From a virus (Duplodnaviria > Caudoviricetes), in the IMG/VR virus record IMGVR_UViG_2934748790_000001, positions 44,058-108,057 of that record: DNA of 64,000 bases; one strand, written 5' to 3'. Numbering within the stretch: the first letter of the stretch is position 1; each line of letters starts with the position of its first letter. The notes beneath the pieces were generated by a model that was not told the origin of the DNA, did not search any database, and saw only the letters and a program-made list of their open reading frames with translations. The position numbers and the translations under genes were made by a program. Below, piece by piece: positions 9,853-17,682 of this stretch.

Positions 9853-10962
9853 ATGGCTGTGACGGACTTCCGCTTTCCGGTCAAGCTGAACAAATTGCCT
9901 GTCCAGGGCCTGGTGCCCGAGTCCTCAAGTTCCGCACCTTCGTCCCCCGTTGAGGGACAGCTTTGGACTGACACCGTCAGCCACACGCTCAAGGTCTGGA
10001 CCGGCAGTGTGTGGAAGGACGTGCTGGCCCGAGGGGACCAGACCGGCACCCAGAACGCGAATACCATCAGTGACCTCGCGACGGTCGTGAAGGGGTACCG
10101 GCTCGACGAATTCGCGACCCCGAGTGCGCCGGTGAACTTCGCCGGACAGAGGGCAACGAACGGGGCCGACCCGACCGCCGCGACGGATCTGGCCACGAAG
10201 CAGTACGTGGACAATGCCCGCGCGGGCATCGCCGTCAAGGACCCGGTGCGCGTGATCGCGAGCGCCGCCATCGACCTCTCGACGCTTCCGGCGGCGATCG
10301 ACGGCATCACCATGGCCGCCGGCAACTCATTCCTGGCAGTGGCGCAGACCACCGCTACCCAGAACGGGATCTACGTCTACACCGGCGCCGGGCAGGCGGC
10401 CACCCGCCGGTCGGACGCGGACACCGCCGGCGAAGTCCTCGACGGGACACTGGTGGCAGTGGCCGAAGGCACCAGGGCCGGTACCCAGTACATGCAGACG
10501 GCCACCCCCTCCGGGGCGCCCGGGTCCTGGACGCAGGTCTGGACGCAGTTCAGCAGCGGAGGGCAGACGTACACCGCAGACGGTCTCGGCATCGAGCTGT
10601 CCGGCACCACCATCAGTCTGGAGCTGGCAGACGCCACCCTCACGAAGTCGGGCTCGGGCCTGACGGTCGGGCTGGTCACCGTCGCCAAGGGCGGCACCGG
10701 CGCGACCTCCGTGGCGGGCGCCCGCGCAGCTCTGGGGGCAGTCGGCAAGTACACCGCGAACGTCGGAGCGCTCACGGGCGGGGTGCCGCTGACCATCACC
10801 CACAACCTCAACAGCGTCGACATCCTGGAACCGTCGCTGCGAGAGATCAGCAGCGGCGAGCTGGTCGGCGCGAAGTGGGTCGTGGTGGATGCGAATTCGG
10901 TGAGCCTCACCACGGCTACGAGCTACGCCGCCGACAGTTTCCGCGTGACGGTGGTGGGCTGA
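9853..10962 (+). CDS. Fibre-like virion protein
   Basis: DLATKQYVD, QNGIYVY, VAKGGTGA and ITHNL fibre motifs. Confidence 0.75.
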   Translation: MAVTDFRFPVKLNKLPVQGLVPESSSSAPSSPVEGQLWTDTVSHTLKVWTGSVWKDVLARGDQTGTQNANTISDLATVVKGYRLDEFATPSAPVNFAGQRATNGADPTAATDLATKQYVDNARAGIAVKDPVRVIASAAIDLSTLPAAIDGITMAAGNSFLAVAQTTATQNGIYVYTGAGQAATRRSDADTAGEVLDGTLVAVAEGTRAGTQYMQTATPSGAPGSWTQVWTQFSSGGQTYTADGLGIELSGTTISLELADATLTKSGSGLTVGLVTVAKGGTGATSVAGARAALGAVGKYTANVGALTGGVPLTITHNLNSVDILEPSLREISSGELVGAKWVVVDANSVSLTTATSYAADSFRVTVVG

Positions 10963-11174
10963 TGGCCGGTCGGCAGCTCGCACCGCAGACAGTGCCTGTG
11001 AGCGCATCGAGCAACGTGGTCACTTCCAGTGCCGTCGGCGCTGCCAACGGTGTTGCGGGGCTGGGTGCGGACGCCAAGGTGGTGCAGGCGCAGCTTCCCA
11101 CCCCGAAGATCACCGTCGGGATCACAGCTCCCGCGAGCCCCGCTCTCGGGGACGTCTGGATCGATACGAACTGA
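10962..11174 (+). CDS. Small fibre-associated protein
   Basis: GAANGVAGL and GDVWIDT motifs; TGATG overlaps at both ends. Confidence 0.65.
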   Translation: MAGRQLAPQTVPVSASSNVVTSSAVGAANGVAGLGADAKVVQAQLPTPKITVGITAPASPALGDVWIDTN

Positions 11175-12463
11175 TGGCGACCCGCTTCTGGCTGACATCA
11201 TCGGCGGCCCCGTACACCCCTGCCGCAGCGCGCGGCACCTGGACCGACGCTACGTCGAGTACGGCTGCGCTGCTGGGACGGCAGCCCGCAGGAACTGCGT
11301 CGAGCGTGAGCGTGGCTGAGACCTCGGCCGTGACCACCAACGTGCTCCTGGGCAGGTGGATTAGCCCACCGGCGCGCAAGGCCGGCACGTTGTCGGGGAC
11401 CGTAGCCTGGATCTACGGCAGGGCCCAGTCGTCATCGTCTTCGGCCATGGTGGTCCGTGCCCACATATACGTCACGGTCGGCAGCACCGACGCTGTGCGC
11501 GGCGTCCTGCTGAACAACTACACGGGAGGTACCACTTTCCCGGTCACTGCGGCAGGAGGGGGAACGGCCGGTATCCCGCTGTCCGGCTCCGTCGACCTCC
11601 AGGTGGGCGATCGGCTCGTATGTGAGTTCGGGTATCAGTCCCAGAACGCGAGCACCACCACCGAGTCGGCCATCCTGCACTACGGCGGTACGGGGAGCAC
11701 CGACCTGGTTACTGGGAACACGGCCGTAACGACGAATCCGGGGTGGATCGAGTTCTCGGGCGCGGATGCGCTGTTCACGACGCCCACGAGCGAGATCGCC
11801 GATAAGTTCACCACGGGCATCGGTTCCAGATTCGTGTACTACTCGGGCACTTTCTGGAATGCCGCCTGGAAACGTGTTGCCGTTCCGGCGACCAGTTCCT
11901 ACCCGGGTCTCATGTCCACAGATACGGGTTACGAAATCACCGGGTCCGCGCATTTTGCGGAGATCGTCAAGATGCCGGCGGGTGGGGCCAACACGACGTT
12001 CTCAGCGATGGTTCTTGGCCCAGCCGATAACGGCACCTACATGGCCATCAGGTACGCGGTATCTACGGGCCTGCTTTCCTTCGTGAACGCCGTTTCCTAC
12101 TCCGACGCAACCCCGACGACCGTGGCTTACAGTCCTGCTGCTCACCGTTGGCTCCGGTTTCGTGAAACCGCCGGAACCTTCTACTGGGAGACCAGCCCCG
12201 ACGCTGCTACGTGGACGGTTCGCCGGAGCATGACCACTCCGCAGTGGCTGAAGTTCGGGACGCTGCGGATCAGCTTTCAGGGGTACGCGGACGCTGGCAG
12301 TACCGCGACTGTCGGGGAGGTCGACAACGTCAACAGCCCCCCCACGACGGTGGTCAAGGTGTGGGACGGCGCCGCGTGGGTTCCGAAGCCGCTGAAGGTG
12401 TGGAATGGCGGCTCCTGGGTCACCCGGGTACCTAAGTCGTGGTCTGAAACTGCCTGGTTCTGA
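11174..12463 (+). CDS. Fibre or receptor-binding-like protein with lectin-like beta domain
   Basis: WLRFRETAGTFYWETSPD; repeated VKVW.G..W at C-terminus. Confidence 0.7.
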   Translation: MATRFWLTSSAAPYTPAAARGTWTDATSSTAALLGRQPAGTASSVSVAETSAVTTNVLLGRWISPPARKAGTLSGTVAWIYGRAQSSSSSAMVVRAHIYVTVGSTDAVRGVLLNNYTGGTTFPVTAAGGGTAGIPLSGSVDLQVGDRLVCEFGYQSQNASTTTESAILHYGGTGSTDLVTGNTAVTTNPGWIEFSGADALFTTPTSEIADKFTTGIGSRFVYYSGTFWNAAWKRVAVPATSSYPGLMSTDTGYEITGSAHFAEIVKMPAGGANTTFSAMVLGPADNGTYMAIRYAVSTGLLSFVNAVSYSDATPTTVAYSPAAHRWLRFRETAGTFYWETSPDAATWTVRRSMTTPQWLKFGTLRISFQGYADAGSTATVGEVDNVNSPPTTVVKVWDGAAWVPKPLKVWNGGSWVTRVPKSWSETAWF

Positions 12464-12560
12464 CGCGTATCCGTTAGCACCGTGGATTACCTCGCGGATA
12501 TCCCTGCGTGCGATTCTCTGCCGAGAACCGCCCTGGCCATATCTCACACAGGAGCAGTAC

Positions 12561-12836
12561 ATGCGATTTGTCACCGTCAGCACCGAGGACTTCGACAAGA
12601 CGATCAAGTTCGGTCCGCTGGAGCTGGACGATCCGTCTGACCACGTTCCGGCCGAGGGCACGCGTCTGATGCCCGAAGAGGAGGCTCTCGCGGCCGGTTA
12701 CCGCTACGCCGAGGGCGGTGCCGCTTTCGCGCCGGAGGACGAGTCCCACGGCAATCGCGCGGCGCACGGGCAGGACGCGGACGAGGTCCACGAGAACCGC
12801 GACCATCGCGACCACCGCGCGCACGACGAGCAGTAG
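12561..12836 (+). CDS. Hypothetical protein
   Basis: AGGAG RBS before ATG 12561. Confidence 0.65.
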   Translation: MRFVTVSTEDFDKTIKFGPLELDDPSDHVPAEGTRLMPEEEALAAGYRYAEGGAAFAPEDESHGNRAAHGQDADEVHENRDHRDHRAHDEQ

Positions 12837-12876
12837 AACCCGGGGCAGTAGCCGCCTGTCAAGAACGGAGTCCGTC

Positions 12877-12957
12877 ATGACCATCGCGCAGATCGTCGGC
12901 CTGGTCCTCATTGTCCTCCTCGTGCTGGTCGTCCTGAAGATCACCGGCATCTTCTGA
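12877..12957 (+). CDS. Small hydrophobic peptide (26 aa)
   Basis: GGAG RBS; MTIAQIVGLVLIVLLVLVVLKITGIF. Confidence 0.55.
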   Translation: MTIAQIVGLVLIVLLVLVVLKITGIF

Positions 12958-13037
12958 CCGGCTTTCATTAACCTGCGCCAAATAGGCGCACGCATTCTGG
13001 TGGGGCGATCCACAACCGCCCATACCGGAGTGCCCCC

Positions 13038-13988
13038 GTGCCGTTTCTTCTGAACGAGGACAAGGCGCTGAAGTCGAAACTTCAGGGCCTGACGGTGCAT
13101 GACGCCACTTCCGGTGCCGGCCGCAGTGTGACCGTTCGCTACAAGAACCCGGAATACGAGCTGGCGGACGCCACTTACCCGCTCGCCCTCATCACCCACT
13201 CGCGAATCTCTCGCGACGAGGAACGGGAACACAGGGGCGTAGTGAATCTGCACTACGCCCCCGAGGGATACGAGCCGTGGGCAGACATGGCAGACCCCGC
13301 ATTGTCTCCGTACACGGCGGAGATGCCCATCCCGCTGAACGTCGACTATCAGATCGACGCGTACGCCCGTAAAGAGACGCATCTCATCGAGATTACCGGC
13401 GCGCTGATGGGCTTCGACTATTTCCCGCACCGATTCGGTTACCTCTCGGTGCCCGAGGACGGAACAGTCCGCCGGCTCGACCTGATGGGCGGCCCGGAAT
13501 ATTCGGAGACCAAGGACGACAAGGGTAAGCGCCTTTTCATCGCATCCTGGGCGATCCGCGTCTCCAGCGAAATCTTCCTCAGCGAGATCCGCACGCTGAC
13601 GCCTGCGCAGCGCGTCCTTATCGGTTGGCTCGACAAGGCCGCCTGGGACGAAGGCCACTCGGTGCCCGTCAGCACGCCCCAGGTGGTTACCAAGGACCGG
13701 CTCGCCGTGGTCTCCGCGCCGTTGGCCATCGCCCTGGTCGGACAGCCGTACCGGCAGCACCTGGAGGCCCTCGGGGGGTCAGGCCAGGTGACCTGGTCGC
13801 TCTCCGAGGGCTCGCGTCTGCCGGAGGGCCTTCACCTGACGGCTACCGGGGTTCTGCACGGGCTGCCGGTAGCCGCCACGACCTCACCGGCTCAGTTCCA
13901 GGTCTCCGCCCGGGACTCGGACGTCACTCCGCAGGTGGCGCAGGCCGCTTTCTCGCTCACCGTACTGCCCTCACCTCCCGGAGGCTGA
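13038..13988 (+). CDS. Tail terminator-like protein with C-terminal putative Ig domain
   Basis: Directly upstream of sheath; C-terminal VGQPY..LEA.GG...WSL..G.LPEGL.L...G.L.G. Confidence 0.7.
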   Translation: MPFLLNEDKALKSKLQGLTVHDATSGAGRSVTVRYKNPEYELADATYPLALITHSRISRDEEREHRGVVNLHYAPEGYEPWADMADPALSPYTAEMPIPLNVDYQIDAYARKETHLIEITGALMGFDYFPHRFGYLSVPEDGTVRRLDLMGGPEYSETKDDKGKRLFIASWAIRVSSEIFLSEIRTLTPAQRVLIGWLDKAAWDEGHSVPVSTPQVVTKDRLAVVSAPLAIALVGQPYRQHLEALGGSGQVTWSLSEGSRLPEGLHLTATGVLHGLPVAATTSPAQFQVSARDSDVTPQVAQAAFSLTVLPSPPGG

Positions 13989-13994
13989 TTCCTG

Positions 13995-15995
13995 ATGACG
14001 ACGCCCACGACATTCCCTTACAAGAGGCCCGGGGTGTACATCTCGGAAAGCCTGAAGCCGCTTCCGCAGCAGGTATCGCCGCCCGGTGTTTCGATCGCGA
14101 CGTTCGTCGGCACTCACGACGCGGGGCCCTCGACCCCGGTCAAGGTGACGTCCTGGGAGCAGTTCATGTCCCTTTACGGGGGCTTCGGAAACGGCATGAA
14201 CTACTTGCCGTTCCAGGTCTACTCGTTCTTCGCGAACGGTGGCCGGACCGCATGGATTCTTCGCGCGACCCCGTCGGATTCGGTATCGGCCCGGCTCATG
14301 GTGCGCAACCGGCCGCTGCCGCCGACCGAGACGATTACCGGGAGCCCTGATGGTGTTCCGCCCACAGGCAGTGGCACCAAGCCCACCGCGAAGGTGACAG
14401 GGGTCTCGCTGGTAAGTCCGTCAGGACCGGTAACAGCCAACCCCGAGCAGACCGCGTTCGCGATCGAGTGGACCGCCATCACACCGCTGGCGAATGTGGA
14501 CGCCTACCTGGTGGAGGTCACGCAGCCGGACGAGGGATCTTTCAGCAAGGTGGTCTGGGTCAGCCAGCCGTCCGAGGGCAAGCCCACAGCGGCGTTCACG
14601 AACCTTGCGCCCGGCACCACCTATGAGGTGCAGATCACGCCCTACAAGGGCGAGACGGCCGGAGACCCCATGGACTCCCCTGCGGTCTTCGACACAACGG
14701 CCGGACACACCCCGGTCGATGCCCTCCAGGTCACTGCCCGGGGGCGGGGGGCATACGGAAACCGCCTCTTCGTCACCACCACCCCCTCCTGGAACTCGGG
14801 GCGCTTCCACCTGTACGTCAAATACGGGGGCACCAACCAGGGCGCCCTGGTCGAGACCTGGCAGGATCTCTCGCTCAACCCCGGCGACCCGCGCTACGCC
14901 GTCAGCCTCATCAACAGCGCCACTTCGGGGTCCAGCTACATCGAGATCGCGAATCTCCTGCCCCCGGACTCGGCCACCCCGGGCACCGGCGCCGCCCCTG
15001 ACGGCTCCTGGCAGCCCGAGTACGTTGCCGACGCCCCTCTGGAGTCGGGGGTGGACGGCGTCCAGGCCGTCAACCTCTCTCAACAGCTCAGCGACCACTT
15101 CGCCTCCATCGAAGACGTCCTACTGGTGAACCTGTGCGGCAACACCCAGCTCACCGACCACGTACCGCCGGCCACCCAGATCAACTCCGCGCTGGTATGG
15201 GCAGAGGCCCGGCGCAGCGCGTTCGTCGTCCTCGACGCACCCCGACAGCCAGCGCCGATCGCGGCGGACGCCGCTGCGACGAAGTACATCGAATCCGCCT
15301 CCAGCTATGCCCCCGCGACGTCGTACGCGGCGCTGTACGGGCCGTGGGTCCAGGTCGCAGACCCGGCCGGCGCCTCGGTGTCCTCGACGCGGATGCTGCC
15401 GCCGAGCGGGGCGGTCATGGGCCAGTTCTCTCAAGCGGATGCGGCAGTCGGTCCCAACCGAAGCCCTGCCGGCATCGCGTACAGCCTGGTCGGCGCCGTA
15501 GGTGTCGAGCACCTCTTCACCCTCGACCAGCTCGACGCGCTCAACGAGAGGGGGGTCAACGTCATTCGGCCCGTACCCCAGAGCGGCTATTGCGTGATGG
15601 GGGCGCGCACCCTCAAGGCCGGAATGCCGGACCGCTACATCAGCGTGCGGCGCATGCTGATGTACATCGAGAACCTGCTGGAGAACGTCACACGGTTCGC
15701 GATTTTCGAGCCGAACGGACCGGAGTTGTGGCAGACCCTCTCGGCGCTGGTGAGCCAACAGCTCATGACGCTCACCCAGTCCGGACAACTTCAGTCCGGA
15801 GTCCCCGACGAAGCGTTCTTCGTGGTGTGTGACGACACCAACAACACGCCTCGAACGGTATCGCTGGGAGAGATCCACATCACGATCGGCGTGGCACTTT
15901 CCAGCCCGGCCGAGTTCATCGTGATCGAGATCAGCCAGTACCAGGGCGGAGTCTCTTCGGCGACAGACTCCATGGAGCAGACAGCCATCGGCTGA
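13995..15995 (+). CDS. Contractile tail sheath protein with FN3 insertion
   Basis: YKRPGVYISE, LPPSGAVMG, MGARTL, RYISVRR, FEPN and PAEFIVI motifs. Confidence 0.95.
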   Translation: MTTPTTFPYKRPGVYISESLKPLPQQVSPPGVSIATFVGTHDAGPSTPVKVTSWEQFMSLYGGFGNGMNYLPFQVYSFFANGGRTAWILRATPSDSVSARLMVRNRPLPPTETITGSPDGVPPTGSGTKPTAKVTGVSLVSPSGPVTANPEQTAFAIEWTAITPLANVDAYLVEVTQPDEGSFSKVVWVSQPSEGKPTAAFTNLAPGTTYEVQITPYKGETAGDPMDSPAVFDTTAGHTPVDALQVTARGRGAYGNRLFVTTTPSWNSGRFHLYVKYGGTNQGALVETWQDLSLNPGDPRYAVSLINSATSGSSYIEIANLLPPDSATPGTGAAPDGSWQPEYVADAPLESGVDGVQAVNLSQQLSDHFASIEDVLLVNLCGNTQLTDHVPPATQINSALVWAEARRSAFVVLDAPRQPAPIAADAAATKYIESASSYAPATSYAALYGPWVQVADPAGASVSSTRMLPPSGAVMGQFSQADAAVGPNRSPAGIAYSLVGAVGVEHLFTLDQLDALNERGVNVIRPVPQSGYCVMGARTLKAGMPDRYISVRRMLMYIENLLENVTRFAIFEPNGPELWQTLSALVSQQLMTLTQSGQLQSGVPDEAFFVVCDDTNNTPRTVSLGEIHITIGVALSSPAEFIVIEISQYQGGVSSATDSMEQTAIG

Positions 15996-16008
15996 CAAGC
16001 AGTGTCCA

Positions 16009-16039
16009 ACCGCCTCTCGTCTCTGATCATTTCGGCGGT
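16009..16039 (+). promoter_or_regulatory. Repeated upstream motif, diverged copy before tail tube gene
   Basis: CCGCC-N19-GGCGG with the same spacing as the 4287 and 5176 copies, and TCATT before GGCGG. Confidence 0.55.
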
Positions 16040-16068
16040 CCCCGAGATCGGGAATTGAGAGGTGAAGC

Positions 16069-16653
16069 ATGGCGACCGTAAGCACGACGCAGAAGCCGAG
16101 TCTGGCGCAGCTCCAGACCGACCCGCTGCGGAACTTCAAGTTTCAGGTGCAGATCCACCTGGCAAACTCCACGCTGGACTCCAGCAAGCGCTCGAATCAG
16201 CTCGGATTCATGTCCGTCAGCGGGCTGAGCATCACCACCGACGTCGTGGTCTACCGCCAGGGCGGCATGAACACCACGACGCAGAAGATGCCTGGTCAGA
16301 GCGACTTTGCGCCCATCACGCTGTCCCGGGGACTCATCTGCGGCGACTCGGACATCTATAAGTGGCTGAAGCAGCTTTTCATGGTCATGCAGGGAAGCGG
16401 CGGCAACGACGGCGCCTACAACTTCCGGGCCACGATGGACATTTACCTGCTGGACCACCCCGTGACCACGAAGACCGTCTACTACAAGGCTGGCTGGCGC
16501 ATCTATAACTGCTGGCCCACCAGCATCGCCTTCGGCGACCTGGACAGCGGGGCGAACGGTGTGGAACTCCAGCAGATCACCCTCGCGCACGAAGGCTGGG
16601 ACTTCAAGATCGCCAGCAAGTACGGGCCCGGCGTCGGCGTCTCGATGCCGTAA
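16069..16653 (+). CDS. Tail tube protein (T4 gp19-like)
   Basis: DPLRNFKFQV, KMPG, ITLSRG, WPT and LAHEG motifs. Confidence 0.93.
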   Translation: MATVSTTQKPSLAQLQTDPLRNFKFQVQIHLANSTLDSSKRSNQLGFMSVSGLSITTDVVVYRQGGMNTTTQKMPGQSDFAPITLSRGLICGDSDIYKWLKQLFMVMQGSGGNDGAYNFRATMDIYLLDHPVTTKTVYYKAGWRIYNCWPTSIAFGDLDSGANGVELQQITLAHEGWDFKIASKYGPGVGVSMP

Positions 16654-16679
16654 ATCGAAGAAAACTCGAAGGACGACAC

Positions 16680-17540
16680 ATGACAGAGCCCATTGTGCTC
16701 CCCGAATTCGACAACTTCGGCGACCAGACCATCAGCGGTCTGGAGGCACCGGAGGAAGCTACCGCCGCCAGCCAGTCCGTCCTCCGAGAGGCCCGGAACT
16801 CCGGCAGGCCGCGCATTGACGACCCCGGGGACAATCAGCTCACCCTCGAACGCGGGATCTGCCGAGAAGGCACGTGGTACCGCAATGCGGAGGTACGCGA
16901 ACTCACTGGCGCCGATGAGGAGGCCATCGCCGCCGCCGGCGTCGGCACGAGCGCATACAGGGTCTTCGAGACTCTCCTGCTGCGCGCCACGGTCCATGTC
17001 GGCGGCGAGCCGATGTCCCCCAAGGTTGCCGCCGAGCTGCTCATCGGCGACCGGGAGGCCCTCGTCGTGGCGATCCGGCGGGCGAGCTTCGGCGAGAACC
17101 TCGAATTCGAGAGGCTGCCCTGCCCCCGGTGCGGTGAGCTTGTCGACATCACCGTGCCGCTCGCGGCTCTGCCGAGCGTCACTCTCGACGAACCCGAACG
17201 CGTCAACTTCGAGGTACCGCTTCGTCACGGGGCCACGGCCACCGTGCGCCTACCCACCGGCGAGGACCAGGAAGCCGTCTTCGCCATCAAGAACAACAAG
17301 GCGCGGCAGGACAGCGAGATCCTCGGTCGTTGTGTTCTGAGTGTCGCCCAGCCGGACGGCACCGAGATCCGCAAGCCGCCTGCCCAGACACTAAGAATGG
17401 CTGACCGCCAGGCCATTCTGGGATTCCTCGGGGAGACCCAGCCGGGCCCCCGCCTCGCCGACTTCTCCTTCACGCACGAAACGTGCGGAGAGGAGGTAGC
17501 CCTGCCGATCAGCCTGGCCATGCTCTTTCGCGGACTGTGA
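16680..17540 (+). CDS. Tail assembly chaperone (short form)
   Basis: Between tube and tape measure; VRELTGADEE, LLIGDR, CPRC. Confidence 0.8.
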   Translation: MTEPIVLPEFDNFGDQTISGLEAPEEATAASQSVLREARNSGRPRIDDPGDNQLTLERGICREGTWYRNAEVRELTGADEEAIAAAGVGTSAYRVFETLLLRATVHVGGEPMSPKVAAELLIGDREALVVAIRRASFGENLEFERLPCPRCGELVDITVPLAALPSVTLDEPERVNFEVPLRHGATATVRLPTGEDQEAVFAIKNNKARQDSEILGRCVLSVAQPDGTEIRKPPAQTLRMADRQAILGFLGETQPGPRLADFSFTHETCGEEVALPISLAMLFRGL

Positions 17541-17682
17541 CTACCAGCGCGCCTTCTCGGAATTCGAAATTCTCGCGCAGTTTCACCCTGGGTGGTCCTT
17601 GCGAGACATCAGGTCCCTCTCCATCCGTGAGCGCCATCACTGGATTCGCCACGCTGCCTGGGAAGTAGAAAGGAGGCAGTAG
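17527..17682 (+). CDS. Tail assembly chaperone C-terminal extension reached by frameshift (+1 frame)
   Basis: Frame without an N-terminal start reads FADCDYQRAFSEFEILAQFHPGWSLRDIRSLSIRERHHWIR and ends TAG directly before the tape measure ATG. Confidence 0.75.
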   Translation, partial: FADCDYQRAFSEFEILAQFHPGWSLRDIRSLSIRERHHWIRHAAWEVERRQ

